From Octopus vulgaris (Eukaryota), in assembly GCA_951406725.2 (NCBI GenBank), contig OX597814.1:25296001-25360000 (forward strand): a stretch of 64,000 nucleotides of DNA. The letters run 5' to 3'. A program made the position numbers and the translations under genes. Position 1 is the first letter of the stretch, and each line of letters opens with the position of its first letter. This document shows, piece after piece, positions 1-17,629 of this stretch. The notes beneath the pieces were generated by a model. The model did no database searches. It saw only the letters and a list, made by a program, of their open reading frames with translations, and had not been told where the DNA came from.

Positions 1-397
1 TAATGATAATCATTTCTACAGCTGAACCATGCACCAAACCATGCACCTCCATAGACTATTTAGGACTGTTAAAGTATAAAACATCCTAGTAAATATTTGT
101 TTACAAAATCAGATATTTTATTTTTTATCAGAAGAGGATACAGTACCCATGACTCTTTACAGGCCCTCTGCAAATGGTGAAAGGGAGAAAGGTATCCTCA
201 AGTTGGAGTTCTGGCTTGAATAATTGCGACAGTGTTGACACTGCTAAAGGAACCAAAGGTACCTGGTGGTAGTGTTAAATTAGATAATGAATTAAGTCTA
301 CCACCCAAGTAGACCATAGTGGAATTTTTATTCAGAGTAAAAAAATATTTTAACAAATACTGCGGTGCATCGGATCCAACATTTTTATATTTCCTAT

Positions 398-619
398 TTC
401 TTTATTACCCACAAGGGGCTACACACAGAGGGTACAAACAAGGACAGACAAACGGATTAAGTCAATTATATCGACCCCAGTGTGTAACTGGTACTTATTT
501 AATCGACCTCGAAAGGATAAGTCGACCTCGGCGGAATTTGAACTCAGAACGTAGCAGCAAATGAAACACTGCGAAGCATTTTGCCCGGTGTGCTAACGAT
601 TCTGCCAGCTCGCCACCTT
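398..619 (-). mobile_element. tRNA-derived SINE, family A (short-tail form)
   Basis: Reverse complement of the copy at 2671: head GGCGAGCTGGCAGAA, B-box-like GAGTTCAAATTCC, core GGTCGAT..TAAGTACCAG, tail CCCTTGTGGGTAATAAAGAAATA. Confidence 0.85.
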
Positions 620-1689
620 CTATATTCTTATATTTTCACAAGTCTACTGCTCTTGGTTAGTTCTTTTTTTTTCTTTTTATGAATCACCAAATGGGATAGT
701 TGCCACCAACAAAATTTGAAATCTGAGTGTAGAGAGTTACAGCAAATACCATTAGTCATACTTTCCAATGCTCTAAGGGTTTCACAAGTTCACCACCTGC
801 ATGTATTTAATTCTGTAAACATCTCTGAAAAGTGCACGCTATGAAAGGTGTGAAAATGTACTGGCTAAGGTCATTCATAAATTTGATATTTCAGTTCTAT
901 ACTAGCAGCGTAGGTATTTCATGAAATTTAGTCTTATTCTATTACAACAGTACAAATACTGAAATATTGTATTGAAACACAATTAGAACAATGAGGATTA
1001 TATTTGTTCTATATTATTATCACCGTAAAGTATTCCACCAGGTTTTACTACTGGTGGAAATTACATTATAGAACTACAGCACAATTTTAATTAATTGGTT
1101 AGTGTATTGAAATTTTGTTTAAAATTGCACTAAAACTTAGTTTTATATTGTACTGAAATTTTGGTTAATAATTTATCAGACTATTTAGGCTGTGCGTTCA
1201 AACTCTCAAGGTTAATTTTGCCTTTCACACCTCTAGGGTCAATAAAATATTTTCACTCAAATACTAGGTACAATATAATTGTCTATATCCTACTTTTATA
1301 AAATAAATACCAGTTGAACACTGGAGGTAGTATAATCCCCCGAATTTGTACCAAAATTTGAAACCAATATTCTACTGAATCTAAGTTTAATATTATAATG
1401 AATCTAAGTTTCATATTGAATTGATCCTTAGATTAATATTTATTGAAAGTTAAGAGTATAATAGTATATTAGAAGTTGTCTAGTTCTAAAAATAAATTAT
1501 CATGGAATAAGGAATGTATTTTTTCTAAAATATTTTGAATAAATCAGTGTTAATATGTCTAGAATATAATTCAAGATAAACATTCGTGATGTACATCTGG
1601 AAAAATATAGCACTGAATTGGTCATAAAAGTAGAATACACCAGATGTCAGAAGCAAGATGTTAAATTGTAAGATATTGTATTCAAGTTT

Positions 1690-1880
1690 TAGTACAAGGC
1701 CAGTAATTTTGGGTGGGGATGGGGAGTAAGTCAATTATATCGAACCCAGTGGTCAACTGTTACTTATTTTATCAACCTCGAAAGGACAAAAGGCAAGTTA
1801 ACCCCAGCAACATTTGAATGCAGAATATAGACAGACAAAATGCCACTAAACATGCTAACAATTCTGACAGTTCACCACCC
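1690..1880 (-). mobile_element. decayed SINE family A (long-tail form)
   Basis: Degenerate core (tacttattttatcaacctcgaaagga) and head remnants. Confidence 0.6.
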
Positions 1881-2071
1881 TGTAACATACCAATATTATA
1901 TAATACTAACGAAACAATTAGCCATTCAGTTTTGAAATAGGTTATTTTGTATTGCAAGATATGCAGTTCCATATCTTAAAATTTAGGGAAGTACCAGTCA
2001 GATATTTTTTATTGCTTATGTGGCTTCATGAAGAGTTAAAGGGTAAGATTCAATGTTAAATTATTCCATAT

Positions 2072-2358
2072 GATTTGTTGTTGTTTGTTCCTTCTCGAGC
2101 CTCACCTGACTCATAGGGCCAGTTTCCCGGTTTCTTTGGCATATAGGTTCCCCACCTGGATGGGATGCCGGTCCATCGCAGGTGAGCCGCAAGATACATG
2201 GGAAAGAGTGAGCAGAAGTTCGCCGTTACCTTCTGCCGGAGCTGCGTGGAGCTTAGGTGTTTCGCTCATAAACACACAGATCACCTTGTCTGAGATTTGA
2301 ACCCATGATCCCTCAACTGCAAGTCCGCTGCTCTAACCACTAGGCCATGTGCCTCCAC
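2072..2358 (-). mobile_element. tRNA-derived SINE, family C, with TSD
   Basis: Minus-strand head GTGGAGGCACATGGCCTAGTGGTTAGAGCAGCGGAC (A-box), internal CCTGCGATGGACCGGCATCCCATCCAGG, (CAA)n tail. 10-bp direct repeat TATTCCATAT at 2062-2071 and 2359-2368. Confidence 0.85.
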
Positions 2359-2670
2359 TATTCCATATAATACATTTCATATAAGCCTTTGTTTCATATC
2401 TCAATTGAAAATTATGTGTACAAGGGAGCTATTTGTGGTTGATTGATCTTTCTGAAATAGCCACCAAATCTCCTTTTACCTCATAAGACATCTTTGTAAG
2501 TCAGAAAATATCAAATATAGTATTACATACCTCTAAACAAGTTTATCTTTCTGACTTCTAGAAAATTCTAGCAACTGCTTTATAAAATTATACATATGTG
2601 TGATGAGTTCTATAAATGTCCTCACAATGGTTTATTCTTACCTATAAGTTAAATTTACCTATAAGTTAAA

Positions 2671-2901
2671 AGGCGGCGAGCTGGCAGAAACGTTAGCACG
2701 CCGGGCGAAATGCGTTGCCGTATTTCGTCTGCCGTTACGTTCCGAGTTCAAATTCCGCCGAGGTCGACTTCGCCTTTCATCCTTCCGGGGTCGATAAATT
2801 AAGTACCAGTTACGCACTGGGGTCGATGTAATCGACTTAATCCGTTTGTCTGTCCTTGTTTGTCTCCTCTGTGTTTAGCCCCTTGTGGGTAGTAAAGAAA
2901 T
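2671..2901 (+). mobile_element. tRNA-derived SINE, family A (short-tail form), CpG-rich young copy
   Basis: GGCGGCGAGCTGGCAGAAACGTTAGC...GAGTTCAAATTCCGCC...GCCTTTCATCCTTCCGGGGTCGATAAATTAAGTACCAG (resembles the Meta-type SINE core). Many copies in the window. Confidence 0.9.
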
Positions 2902-3014
2902 ATCTGGTTCAAGGATCCTGTACATTCCAAAAGTCTTGATATCTTTGCTATATTGAAATTTCTTTTACTTGATTGCTTGGGGAATTTTCACATTTCACAA
3001 TTTTTGCTTTTGCT

Positions 3015-3226
3015 TTTACTTTTACTTGTTTCAGACATTTGACTGTGGCCATGCTGGAGCACCACTTTTATTCAAGAAAATTGACCCCAGAACTTATTCT
3101 TTTTTAAGCCTAGTACTTATTCTATCAGTCTCTTTTGCTGAACCACTAATGTTACAGCGACGTAAACACACCAGCATCGGTTGTCAAGTAATGTTGGGGG
3201 GGACAAACACAGACACACAAACATAT

Positions 3227-3271
<45 letters not shown>

Positions 3272-3440
3272 TACGACGGGCTTCTTTCAGTTTCCGTCTA
3301 CCAAATCCACTCACAAGGCTTTGGTCAGCCCGAGGCTATAGTAGAAGACACTTGCCCAAGGTGCCATGCAGTGGGACTGAACCTGGAACCATGTGGTTCG
3401 TAAGCAAGCTACTTACCACACAGCCACTCCTACGCCTATG
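3015..3440 (-). mobile_element. tRNA-derived SINE, family B (CORE-like) with internal (TA)n/(CA)n
   Basis: Minus-strand head GGAGTGGCTGTGTGGTAAG...GGTTCAGTCCC and CORE-like GCACCTTGGGCAAGTGTCTTCTAC. Closely similar copies at 13800 and 27570. Confidence 0.88.
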
Positions 3441-5439
3441 GCAGCTATTTACCACACAGCCTCTCCTATGCTTATAATTTATTTATAGTTATTATTAAAA
3501 AATGTTAAAACCCAATCTGTTTAGTTGATAGGAGCACAAAAAATGAATTTTAAAATATGAGGAAATTACTCAACAAAATAATACAGGAATTTTAGAGTCT
3601 TTAAAATAAATTAGATATTTAACTTTAGTTTCTCATAATCAGATAATTTTGACATATCTTGACATCAGTTGGAAAAGTTCATGAAATTTTGGATCTTATG
3701 ACCTGAACCTATGTTGATAGGAAGTTAGCTGGCAACTCTGACAAAGCAATTTTATATAAATATGTAGTGTTCCAAATCTAAAAGTCTAGCAGTAAATAAC
3801 AGATAAACTGTAACAGACAACTTTGTAATTATTCCTGGCAAGGAAATTTAATAAATTCAATACGGGCAACTATTTTCTTGAACTTGGCAACTTGAGTAAA
3901 CAAAGAAATGTTTCAGCAACAAAAATAGATGGCAGTGAATAAAATGGAAAAGGAATATGATTTTGTCATATCAAGGGATGATTTCTTTTCTATTCTCATA
4001 ATTTGCAATTGAGATGTAGCAGTTAAATTCAGTTTTAGTTTGATAAAGGAATTTAATTATATATTTTTAAAATTTTCTTCAATTTTTTAAGAAGAGAATA
4101 CACACATACACACACATACATGCATACATACCACACACACACACATTTTATGAATATTGGAAAAATATTTTTTGTGTCAAGCCTTTTCTGAATATGTCTT
4201 GCTTTCTTTTTCTACAGTCATAGTTAATTTTCCCCTTGAAGGAAAGAACTTTATGATATAAATTCATTTTAATACAATTTCGCTATAATTTAAAATTTTT
4301 CTTGAAATGAGGTCATAAGCATTTTAGATAATTATTTATTTAAAATATTTTAGCTTATATATATATATATATATATTCATACTACGACAATTTGTTTGTC
4401 ATTTAAAAGAGAAACGACAAGTCCTTTTCTATATGAGCTGAGTAGTTCTCAAACTGACAAATGCTAGACAAACTCTGCGTGAAATATAAGTGAAATATTC
4501 TGTTCCCTCGTCTTCTTTATTAACGAGATGTCAAAATAGATTTTGCATCCACATAATTCTTCTTTCTTCACCAAGGTGTTTGACAAGTTTAAAAATTTGG
4601 AAACAATCTTAATTTTATTAAGCATGGTAATTTGTCCTCAGACTTTTCAATCTTTGCAATTCCACTTTCCCCGCACAATGAAAAACACTGGCGTAGTCAG
4701 TAATGTTAGGAATGAAAAAGTGTCATGGACACCAATCAGCCTGAAACACTGCATTGTTTGTTGAAAGCATTGCAATTTTAAACAGTGTGACTTCCACCCA
4801 ATGTCAGATTCACATACAGCAAAAGAAAAAAAAAAAGAAAAACAAAAATTGCTCCACCCTTCATTCATGTAACTATAGAACTGTAATGAGTCTGAGATGT
4901 TTCAATGCTTGCCAAATTGGAAAGAACACTTGAATCAGCAGTAACAACAATATTTTATGATTGTAGAAAATATCACTAAACCACATGGGAAAAACTAACG
5001 TCCGGAATTCACTTTCATACTTTCCAGCTATGTATGGTTGAAGGTGAAGTCAAGGGATGGGTGTTATGAGAGGAATTTCAAGAACATTGTTTTCCTTGGT
5101 AAAAGCAAAGACACATTAATGAGTGAGACACTTGTACGAGAATGTGGTGTCATGATGAATAATATATAGTGACGAGTAAAATAAGTTGATGTGCAGCTGG
5201 GAAATGCAGCTGTTAGATGCAGCAATAGATTACACTATAGTTCAGATCACAATCAAGTGGAAGTCTGGGAGTAAACAGAAGTTTTTATTCTAGTGGTGGT
5301 GGTGGTGTTGGTGTTGGGGAAGAGATTGTGCATGGGTGAGATATTTTATCAAATAAGAGAAATGGCGAATGCTTTTTGTTATATAGCAGTATTATCACAA
5401 GAGTGACATGATGTAAATAAATGTAAACAGTCAGTTACC

Positions 5440-5725
5440 TTTTAATATAGATTGTTTTGTAGCAAGTAGTTATGTATGTATGTATGTATCTTCCTGTACG
5501 TGAGCATGTGTATTTGTGTATATCTCCATGTATATATAAATACATGCTTGCGTGTGTGTATATGTATGTGTTCATATAGACATACATACATACATATATA
5601 TGCACATATACACTTGTACAGACACATACACACACACATATGCATATAATGTACATAAATACACACAGCCACACAAACACTCACACACACATACATACAC
5701 ACACACACACACACAGCACACACGT
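5440..5725. repeat. compound (TG/CA/TA) microsatellite
   Basis: Directly visible; explains the spurious ORFs here. Confidence 0.9.
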
Positions 5726-6199
5726 ATCTGGGGGTGCATGTATTTTATCATCATCGTAATTTTACATCTGCTTATTCATGCTGGCATGGGTTGGATGGGC
5801 AATCATAGTTCAAGTCCGTTCTTATCTGAAGTTCCTGCCTTCTAGATAGATTGAGGATCGTTTCTTGCTCATATATTAAATTTTTAGCATCGTTTCTATG
5901 CAGAATATCATGGTTATCACCAACAACTTTAAGGAGCTGCTGGGCACATTCTATTGTGGTACTAGTGCTACAGATGTTGTTTTGTCTCAAGCAAAGCTAA
6001 AAAAGAGGAATGAAAGGACAAGTCTTCCCTGGGAGCAGAGGAATAGCTTGTGAAGGAGCTAATAAGTTCTCTCCACCAAGTATCAATCTATATTAAAGTG
6101 AATCCTCTCACTGTGCATCAATCTTTGTTCTCTCACTGCTTGATGGTCAAGATATTAGATGTAATGCCAAGTGGAAGCATAGGTAAGAAATTAGATGGA

Positions 6200-7101
6200 C
6201 GAAATGCTGCTCATCGTTAATATCAAACCTTGATTATCATGGTTTTAACTCTCAGAAGATTGATAGTGATAGTGAAAAATCACTGGTATAAGAGTTACCT
6301 CCTTTTTTGGCCTTAGGAACAGCTGGAGAGTATCGATGTCTCCATGTGCCTTATGTGCATACTAGGGAGTTTTTTGAGACATCTCAGCATCCCTTCTATA
6401 TCATACGCAGTTTATCAAAGGTGGAACCCTGCTGAGATGACTCCCACAATATTGCATATAGCATAAAGATAAATGAGCATAACATTGTCAGCAACATGCT
6501 AAACTTGAGACCACTATTGAATAAGATACTTAATACATATTTAGTATAAAGTTTATTCACACATACACACGTTTTCTTGAATGTACAATACTTGAAAGTC
6601 TCATTACTTTTTCTTAAATTTAAATCACAAATATACTGGCATTCTTTACCTTATTAGTGTTTTACTTTCTTACACAGAAGCAGGCATATACTATAATTAT
6701 TCCTTTTATGCTCATTTCCTATGTTTGCAAGAGTTAGAGTTTTCATTGAGTCAGTGTCTGACCACTACATTTGCGTCATCTCTTTCATGATATCTGTCTT
6801 TATTACTTCTTTCTACTCCACTCTGTCAGACTTTTTTCCCCACCACATAATCCTTCATCTTGGAATGCTTGGCCTGGCCTTTTCACACACATATTTTTTT
6901 CTGATTCCAAGTAAAACCCAGATTTCTGTCAGTGTACTTCAGCTGTTTTCATACCTATTAATATTGCATATCCAGGGTAGGATATTTACCTCATTTTTTT
7001 CCAGCCCTGACATATCTTCCCATGATTCACCATTATGCAATATCTTTCATATGCATCATATAAGCTCCCTTCTTTCAAAGGGAGAGAAAAAGAGAGAGAG
7101 A

Positions 7102-7156
<55 letters not shown>

Positions 7157-7500
7157 ATCCCTTTGTAGCTAGCAAAGGTAATAGCTCCCTGAACTTTTGG
7201 CACCTCATTCCTACTCTGGTTACTATACTTTGGGTCCATCTTCTTTCACTACTAATAACATAACCTATGTAAGAAAGGCTATCACCTACTTCAGTGGGAC
7301 CTTCTGAGAATTTGAAAGGTTTTATTTCAAGAAAGCTTTTATTGTTAATTACTCCTTTGCTTCTACCACACATAAAGACTTTATTCCATGTTAGCCAGCC
7401 TGTTTGTGATCACATTGCCTCTCCTGTACATCCATAATTTAAATAGGGACATAACATGGAATTTTCCTTCTTCCATCTTTTCTGCTTATCAAGCATGCCA
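6200..7500 (-). pseudogene. decayed RTE-clade LINE, RT C-terminal part
   Basis: ORF 7056-7373 reads 'YIGYVISSERRWTQSIVTRVGMRCQKFRELLPLLATKGL', resembling RTE 'YLGD.ISS.GG...I..R....W.KFRELLPLL..KGLS'. Interrupted by (GA)n at 7090-7154. Confidence 0.7.
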
Positions 7501-8770
7501 CTTTCACATGGCATCTTGCTGTATTTCCTGCTGTCTTTCTGAGATTGGGGTGATTGATGTAGTTGATGTTCAGCTTGTGCAAGCTAGCCCTATGCTCACA
7601 AGATAATTAAATGGACAGAATAGCAATTCCATAGAGATGATGCCATTAGAAGAAAAGATCAGCAAAAGTAGTAGGTGCTTGAACCTGGTTGGCAAGGCAG
7701 TATAGGTGACAGAAGGAGCTGTTGTGCAGTAAGCAAATTCAGAAGACAATAAGCTTTTGTAATAGTGATAAAATAAGCAGAGTGATGAGTGGCAGAACTT
7801 GTAGTGTTTTAGTATGCAAGTCTTACTGCTGTGAGTAAATTGTTTTATATTAGTTCTACCACGTTATCTCAACACTTTATTGCCTCACAACTACGTTACA
7901 GTTTTTGCTGTAACAGGTTTTGAGATTATGTTTTCTTTATGTCTCAACTTACAGCTAATTCAATGTAACTTTCAAAAATTCCATGCTTACCAAAATTCTT
8001 TAACACTACTTCTGATATGCAAAGCATTCCTTTTATGGCTCTTTTACTGGGTTTTTTTTTGTTGTCTTTTCGTGTTTTATTTTCTACACTGTGCATGCAC
8101 TGTTGGAATCATTGCTGTCTATCTTTACTTACTCTTTCTGTTCCCTCTTTTACCCTTTTCTGATGAATTATAGTTCACCTAAGCACTGTATACAATAAAC
8201 TTATTATTATTACATTCTTTGCTTCATCATGATGATGTTCACCAAATTCTCTAGATTAGATTTTCAGTTTTTCACAGCTCTGTATGACTACATTGAGAAT
8301 TCCATAAGTCATCTCTTTAGCATTTAAACTCTGTTCTGTCAGTTGAGTAAATCTATCACAATTCCATGTATCAAACAGAGTTTTATTATTTTCTACATAT
8401 ATCAGATAGATACTATTACAATACTTGTGTTTCACTATTGGTAAATGTATCTGCAGCTTTATATTCCATCTGATAATATTTGACACAACTTTTTTGTTCT
8501 AGCTCTCTTGCAATACCATTTCTTTTCGTACCAAATATGCCATTATCAATTTCCTTGTCAGCTTGCTGGAGTTATCATTGCATTTTGTGTCAACAAGACA
8601 GTGTTGCTTCATCTTTCAGTATCACTTAGAGTGTGTTACCATAACTCATTATTTTAGCACTCCAATATGGAAAATATGATGGATATAAATGAAATCACTG
8701 AGCTGATTTTATTAAAGTTATGGTTTCACAACACACACACTCATCAATCATTTGCACTGTGAAACTGAAA

Positions 8771-8810
8771 CTCTCTCTCTCTCTCTCTTGCTCTCTCTCA
8801 TTTCTTTCTT

Positions 8811-8847
<37 letters not shown>
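8771..8847. repeat. (CT)n microsatellite
   Basis: Directly visible. Confidence 0.95.
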
Positions 8848-8851
<4 letters not shown>

Positions 8852-9248
8852 CTTTGTCTCTCTACCACACCTTCTCTTTCACACACAATCTCAGACATAA
8901 ATTCATTCAAAGAGAAGCACATACATTTGAACCAACTTCTTCCAGTAATTTATAGTTTTTAATTTTCACAGCAGTTTCACCTCAAGAAAGCCACTAAAAC
9001 CAACAAACAAACAAACAAAGAAAAATTGAAAAAAAAATTAACTACTAAAAATTATTTTTTAAATAAAAGTAAAAAAATAAAAACGTCAGTCTAGAGTAAA
9101 TCGTTAATCGGATAAATAAATCATTACAGAAAACATTTGACAGACAAGACATGAAACCAAACTAAAATATTTAGCCTTCCACCATCACCTCCATGTCATT
9201 TTCCTTATGGCTTTTATAAACTTTTATAGAAATCCTTACATTTTCTAT

Positions 9249-12424
<3,176 letters not shown>

Positions 12425-13799
12425 TCAGAATTTGAAGATGCAATTTCACCATAAGGAATTGTTAATAACAATCCAGATCCAACTGGCTTTATCAAATAGA
12501 TTGCATTACTTTGGATTACTTTTCCATTCTGATACAAATAAAATGAACCAAGCATCTATTATATTTTTTCTCCATTTTCTGTTATTAGCTTTATGTGTGT
12601 GTGTGTACATATATGTATAAATGACAGGCTTCTTTCAGTTTCCTACCAAATCTACTTTGTTATGCACAAGTCTCTAGAGCAAGTTTATGACTAACAATAG
12701 AACATTTACTTATGAGAATCAAATTTATTATAACTTTATATATATATGTGTGTGTGAAAGTTTCTATCATTTCACTTGGCATAATTTTCTATTTTGTGCT
12801 CCTGAAAGGTAAAAGCATCGTTTTTATATTCATATTTCAAGTCACGTCTAAGTTTGAGTAAATCTTAACCAGCATCTTGTAAATAAAAGTCACAGTGTGA
12901 ATGACTTTTTGGTTGAATTTCTTTCATCAACATGGCAGTTGTTTCGCTCATCTTTTGTAGGGGATAGAAATATATGGAATGCATTTTTTAAAAATCAAAT
13001 TGTTAGAAACCAATAAATTATTTAAAGTGGTACAAGGCTCTTCTATGAGGTAATAACTGATTAAGTATTCAATTAGCTCTCAATTTGCAGAGAGTCATTC
13101 TTCAACATATTGTGTGTGTTCAGTGTAGTTGATGGAGTTAGATCATATCATTGAAGAAGAAGAAGGAGGAGGAAATTTTACTTTGTCTTCATGAAAGAAA
13201 TGTTGGAATAAAATTGTAAAGTTGCCATTTAGTTTAGAATAAAATAAGACTGGCTGTTATTTAATTTACTATTTTCTTTCTAGAGTCTGGATCAGATGAT
13301 CAGAGCTAGAATATATCATAAAAATTCTGTACTAATGTTTTTCTATTAGTTTCAACCATTAAATGTATTTGTTTATGTGCCTGAAGATCAAGACACCACA
13401 TACATTGTTTACAAACTGGTATCTCAAATATCGCCTATGCTTGAATAGAAGCTGTGCCGTGATTGAGTGTTCAACTGGATTTTCTTTGTTACCATAATAG
13501 TTTGAATCATCAAATATAGGCAAGAGAAATGCATGGAAAAACAGTCAAGCAGTCAGTCTCTGTGCAAGTGTATGTCTTGCCCTGCTTTTCCTTTGGTGCA
13601 ACAAACACACAAAAGGGCAACATTGTTGGAATGAAGATGAGCAGAAAAAAGCAGACGTAGAAGATTCCCAAAATATTCTAATTTTGAAATGACTACTCCT
13701 GATAATCTTGAAAAGCAAATGTTTTATCAAGTCTTATTAATTTCATATTTGAACTTTTTTTAAAATTTAAACTCTTCTACCATATATTATATGTAAACT

Positions 13800-14190
13800 T
13801 TACTCTTTTACTTGTTTCAGTCATTTGACTGCGGCTATGCTGGAGCACCACCTTTAGTCGAGCAAATCGACCCCGGGACTTATTCTTTGTAAGCCCAGTA
13901 CTTATTCTATCGGTCTCTTTTGCCGAACCGCTAAGTGACGGGGGACGTAAACACACCAGCATTGGTTGTCAAACAATGCTAGGGGGACAGACACAGACAC
14001 ACACACACATATATATATACATATATACGACAGGTTTCTTTCAGTTTCCATCTACCAAATCCACTAACAAGGCATTGGTCGGCCTGGGGCTATAGCAGAA
14101 GACACTTGCCCAAGATGCCACGCAGTGGAACTGAACCCGGAACCATGTGGTTGGTTAGCAAGGTACTTACCACACAGCCACTCCTGCACC
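13800..14190 (-). mobile_element. SINE family B (CORE-like)
   Basis: Co-linear with 3015-3440 and 27570-27970. Confidence 0.88.
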
Positions 14191-15346
14191 TAAATATTTT
14201 CTTCCATGTCATCATGTAGGAATGGCCAGGTTAAGAACATTCTTTAGATATTAACTTTTCCTGTATGTTCTTTATTCAACAACCTTATAAAAATATACCC
14301 ATAATACAACCCAGAATTTAAATCTCTGTGTATATTTCTTTGAGAATTCTACCTTCCTATGGATAATTTACCCATATTCATCTATCCTTGGGCCCTTTAT
14401 TATGATTACAATGCCTGTTTATTATAGATGAATATTTCTTTGAATTAATTGCTTAATTATCAAGTAAAGAAAGTTCTACTTATTAACTTAAGAGCTTTTT
14501 CCTGATTGTTCTTCATTCATTAACTTCTTTATATTTTTAACAAAGAATTTTAACATGCCTTACTCCTCTAACATTAGACAATATTTAATTTCTTAATAAC
14601 TATTAATTTAAGAACGTGATTGCTCATTAATTTAATTTTTAACTGATTGTTCTTCTTCTATATTAACCTCATTATCATTATTAACAAATGCTTTTTACCA
14701 TACCTCATTCTTTAGAATAAGAAAATAACATCAGAAAGTATTTAAAAACTGTAAATCCTGATTACAGTTCTTTCCTCATAATTATATGTTAACCTAAGAA
14801 AATTTCTCTTGATTAATTGTTTAATAATTATTTACACTAGAACTTCATTATACATTTACTTGAGAACTTTTCTCTGATTCTTTTCTGTATTCATTAACGT
14901 AAAAATTGCAGCAGAGTATTTAATTCTCTGGGTACGTTTCTAAATTACCTTCTCTCTTCATTTCCCAGACTTCTCATATAGACAGATCAATATATCTACT
15001 CACTGTGAACATTTGCATAAATGACTTAGTATATCCCTCTCACCTATTGCTTCTAAACTGTTTTCTCTTCCTATTTTTCCTTCTATCTCTTTTATTTTTA
15101 TTTAAAATTAATAAAGTTCTTTTTTTATTTTTGATCTGTTATCCTAAAATCTACCTAAATCTGCATTCCTGACTAATTTCTTTCCTCGTTCATTAAATGA
15201 AGAATTTCTCCGTATTTTCCTCACTGAATCATGAATGCTATTTCTGATTTAATTGTTCGATAATGGTTGACATAAGAGCATTATTCCTGATTTAGTTGAA
15301 AATAATTGTTATTTATATTTTAACTTAAATACTTTGGTTTCATTAT

Positions 15347-15764
15347 TAGTCCTGCAGATAGACGTATCTAAATTGCCAATAACTTTAACTTATAGTAATT
15401 TTTAAGGGATGCTGTTTTAGAATTTTTGTAGAGAATACAAATATAATAGTAATAAAAAGTGCATACTTTTGCAGATAACACGCTTCGTACTTTTTTTAAA
15501 TACTAAAACAAACAACGATTATTTTACCGACCAACTTGCGTTCAACCCCTTTAGGGATTATTATTTACGTGCTGCTCATTTGATCAATATAAGGATCAGA
15601 CTGAGTGAAGAAATGGTCAGAAATCCTTAATTTCATGAATAAAAAAATGTTGTACTAATGAAAACACATTGTACACAGGTAGAATTTTAAAGTTAATGCA
15701 TATAAAAATAAAATCTTTCTTAAATAAATAAAGCGATCTTTAGACACATATATCTGCAGGACTA
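15347..15764. mobile_element. TIR-bounded non-autonomous DNA transposon (MITE), superfamily unassigned
   Basis: TAGTCCTGCAGATA (15347-15360) is the exact reverse complement of 15751-15764; the match extends to 26 bp with 3 mismatches. Confidence 0.75.
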
Positions 15765-17269
15765 CCAAACATTACTAAACAAATTATTTAGTTTTGAAAT
15801 GGGATGCATACGGGCACCGAGAGAAAGAAAGAAAAATCAAACTGCAAAATTACTGATTTATTTTGTGAGGACTACTTAGTTTATCAAAGTTTATCCGGAG
15901 TCTTACAAAAAATGATACAAACTTTGAAATAAATTGGAAATTAATGTACGCTGCAAAACAATATAATAACTTCGTCAAATCAAAAATATTTTGTGCTTGG
16001 GAGTTTATAAAATTTTGATAGGAATATCCCTTTACATAACACACGTTATGAACTACTTTCCACGTGAATGTACAAAAAATGTAACCTTTCTTATAAAAAC
16101 TGCGACCACTAAGGGAAAATCATGTGTTTGAAAAAACTCTTGCTGTGATCTCAGAAAAATTTGTTTAAAATGTAGATGACCATCAAGGCGTTATGTTTAC
16201 GAATAGATTCTTGTTCCACTACATAACGAAGGGATAATAATATGAAATATCAGCTTGAAACCAATACTTATAAATCAAAAATTGCATCGAGAATGGCTTG
16301 TGAAATTTCTGAGGTTAAAACTGAAGTCTTTGACTACTTTAAAACTCTTTCATAAGGCAAAATTCCTCGGGAATAGTTATTCTGTATGTAACCAATAAGA
16401 AATTTCTATTCTCTCGATTGCTAAACTCTACTAACACTCTATGAAGAAAAAGAAAAAAAACATGCTCATATTCCGTGACTATCCACCAGATTGTAATTAA
16501 TTCCATTTTTAATGAAATGTCTTACTTCATGACACGTTCAATTAATACGTCACCAGTTATATCATGCTGATGATTTCTAAAAAGAATAAAATAGTACCAT
16601 ATACGATTACTACCAACATGAAATTTTAAGAACATTGTAATGAGTAAACAAAAAATTAAATAAATGAATCCTATGATTTTTTTTCCTTTTTAAATATAAT
16701 TTTTTAATATCAAATTCAAATATCTAACCCTGCCAAATATTACGAAGAAATGATTATCTCTCTGAAAATAACAGCAGCCACGAGAGAAAATACGTGCGTT
16801 TGTAAAGTAATAATTTTATTTTGATTCTATATAATCATATATACTATTCAATATCGAATACAAAATGGGGTGACATCTAACAAGGATAACGAATGTCCTT
16901 AACATTTTATCTCATTGATCATTTAAAAATTTTTTCTTCTACACTCACTCATATTTTATATTATTCGTTACATTGTTATTTGAAAAACCCTAATACATTA
17001 ATCGCCTTTGAATTATTCAGTAATCCATATTCCTTACAATATATCCAAATATGATCTTCTCAGATACGAATACAAAGAACCATAATATTCATTGGTTCTG
17101 TTTTTTTATGTAATCTTTTCCCAAATAATCGTTATAAGAAATTTCAAAATCGTCATGCACATTTTCAAATACACATGTCAAAAAATTTAATAGCGTTCTC
17201 CCAAAATTAAGCAAGAATTTTATCTCCTCACAGCATCGGTACATACATACGTATATACATAGATTATTA

Positions 17270-17294
17270 TAATTATTATTATTATTATTATTAT

Positions 17295-17333
<39 letters not shown>

Positions 17334-17341
17334 AGGTAGTG

Positions 17342-17377
<36 letters not shown>

Positions 17378-17439
17378 CACATTGACCTACTTCAATAAAA
17401 TTTTAACATTCCATCAGACAAAAGTATTTTTCCTCCAGC

Positions 17440-17480
<41 letters not shown>
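17270..17480. repeat. (ATT)n/(AGT)n and (TAA)n trinucleotide tracts
   Basis: Directly visible at 17270-17378 and 17440-17480. Confidence 0.95.
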
Positions 17481-17629
17481 CGTTTCTACGATAGGCACAA
17501 GGTCTGGAATTTTGGAGAAGAGGTTAAGTCGGTTATATCGACCCCAGTACTCCATTGGTACATAATTTAACGACCCCGAAAGGATAACAGGCAAAGTTGA
17601 CCTCGGCGGAATTTGAACTCAGATGATAA

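Noticed and set aside
2671-2760. SINE heads as tRNA genes
   Set aside because: They have A/B-box-like motifs but no cloverleaf, and continue into SINE bodies.
4380-5330. Higher-complexity unique sequence, possible UTR, exon or regulatory DNA
   Set aside because: Only short ORFs and no identifiable motif.
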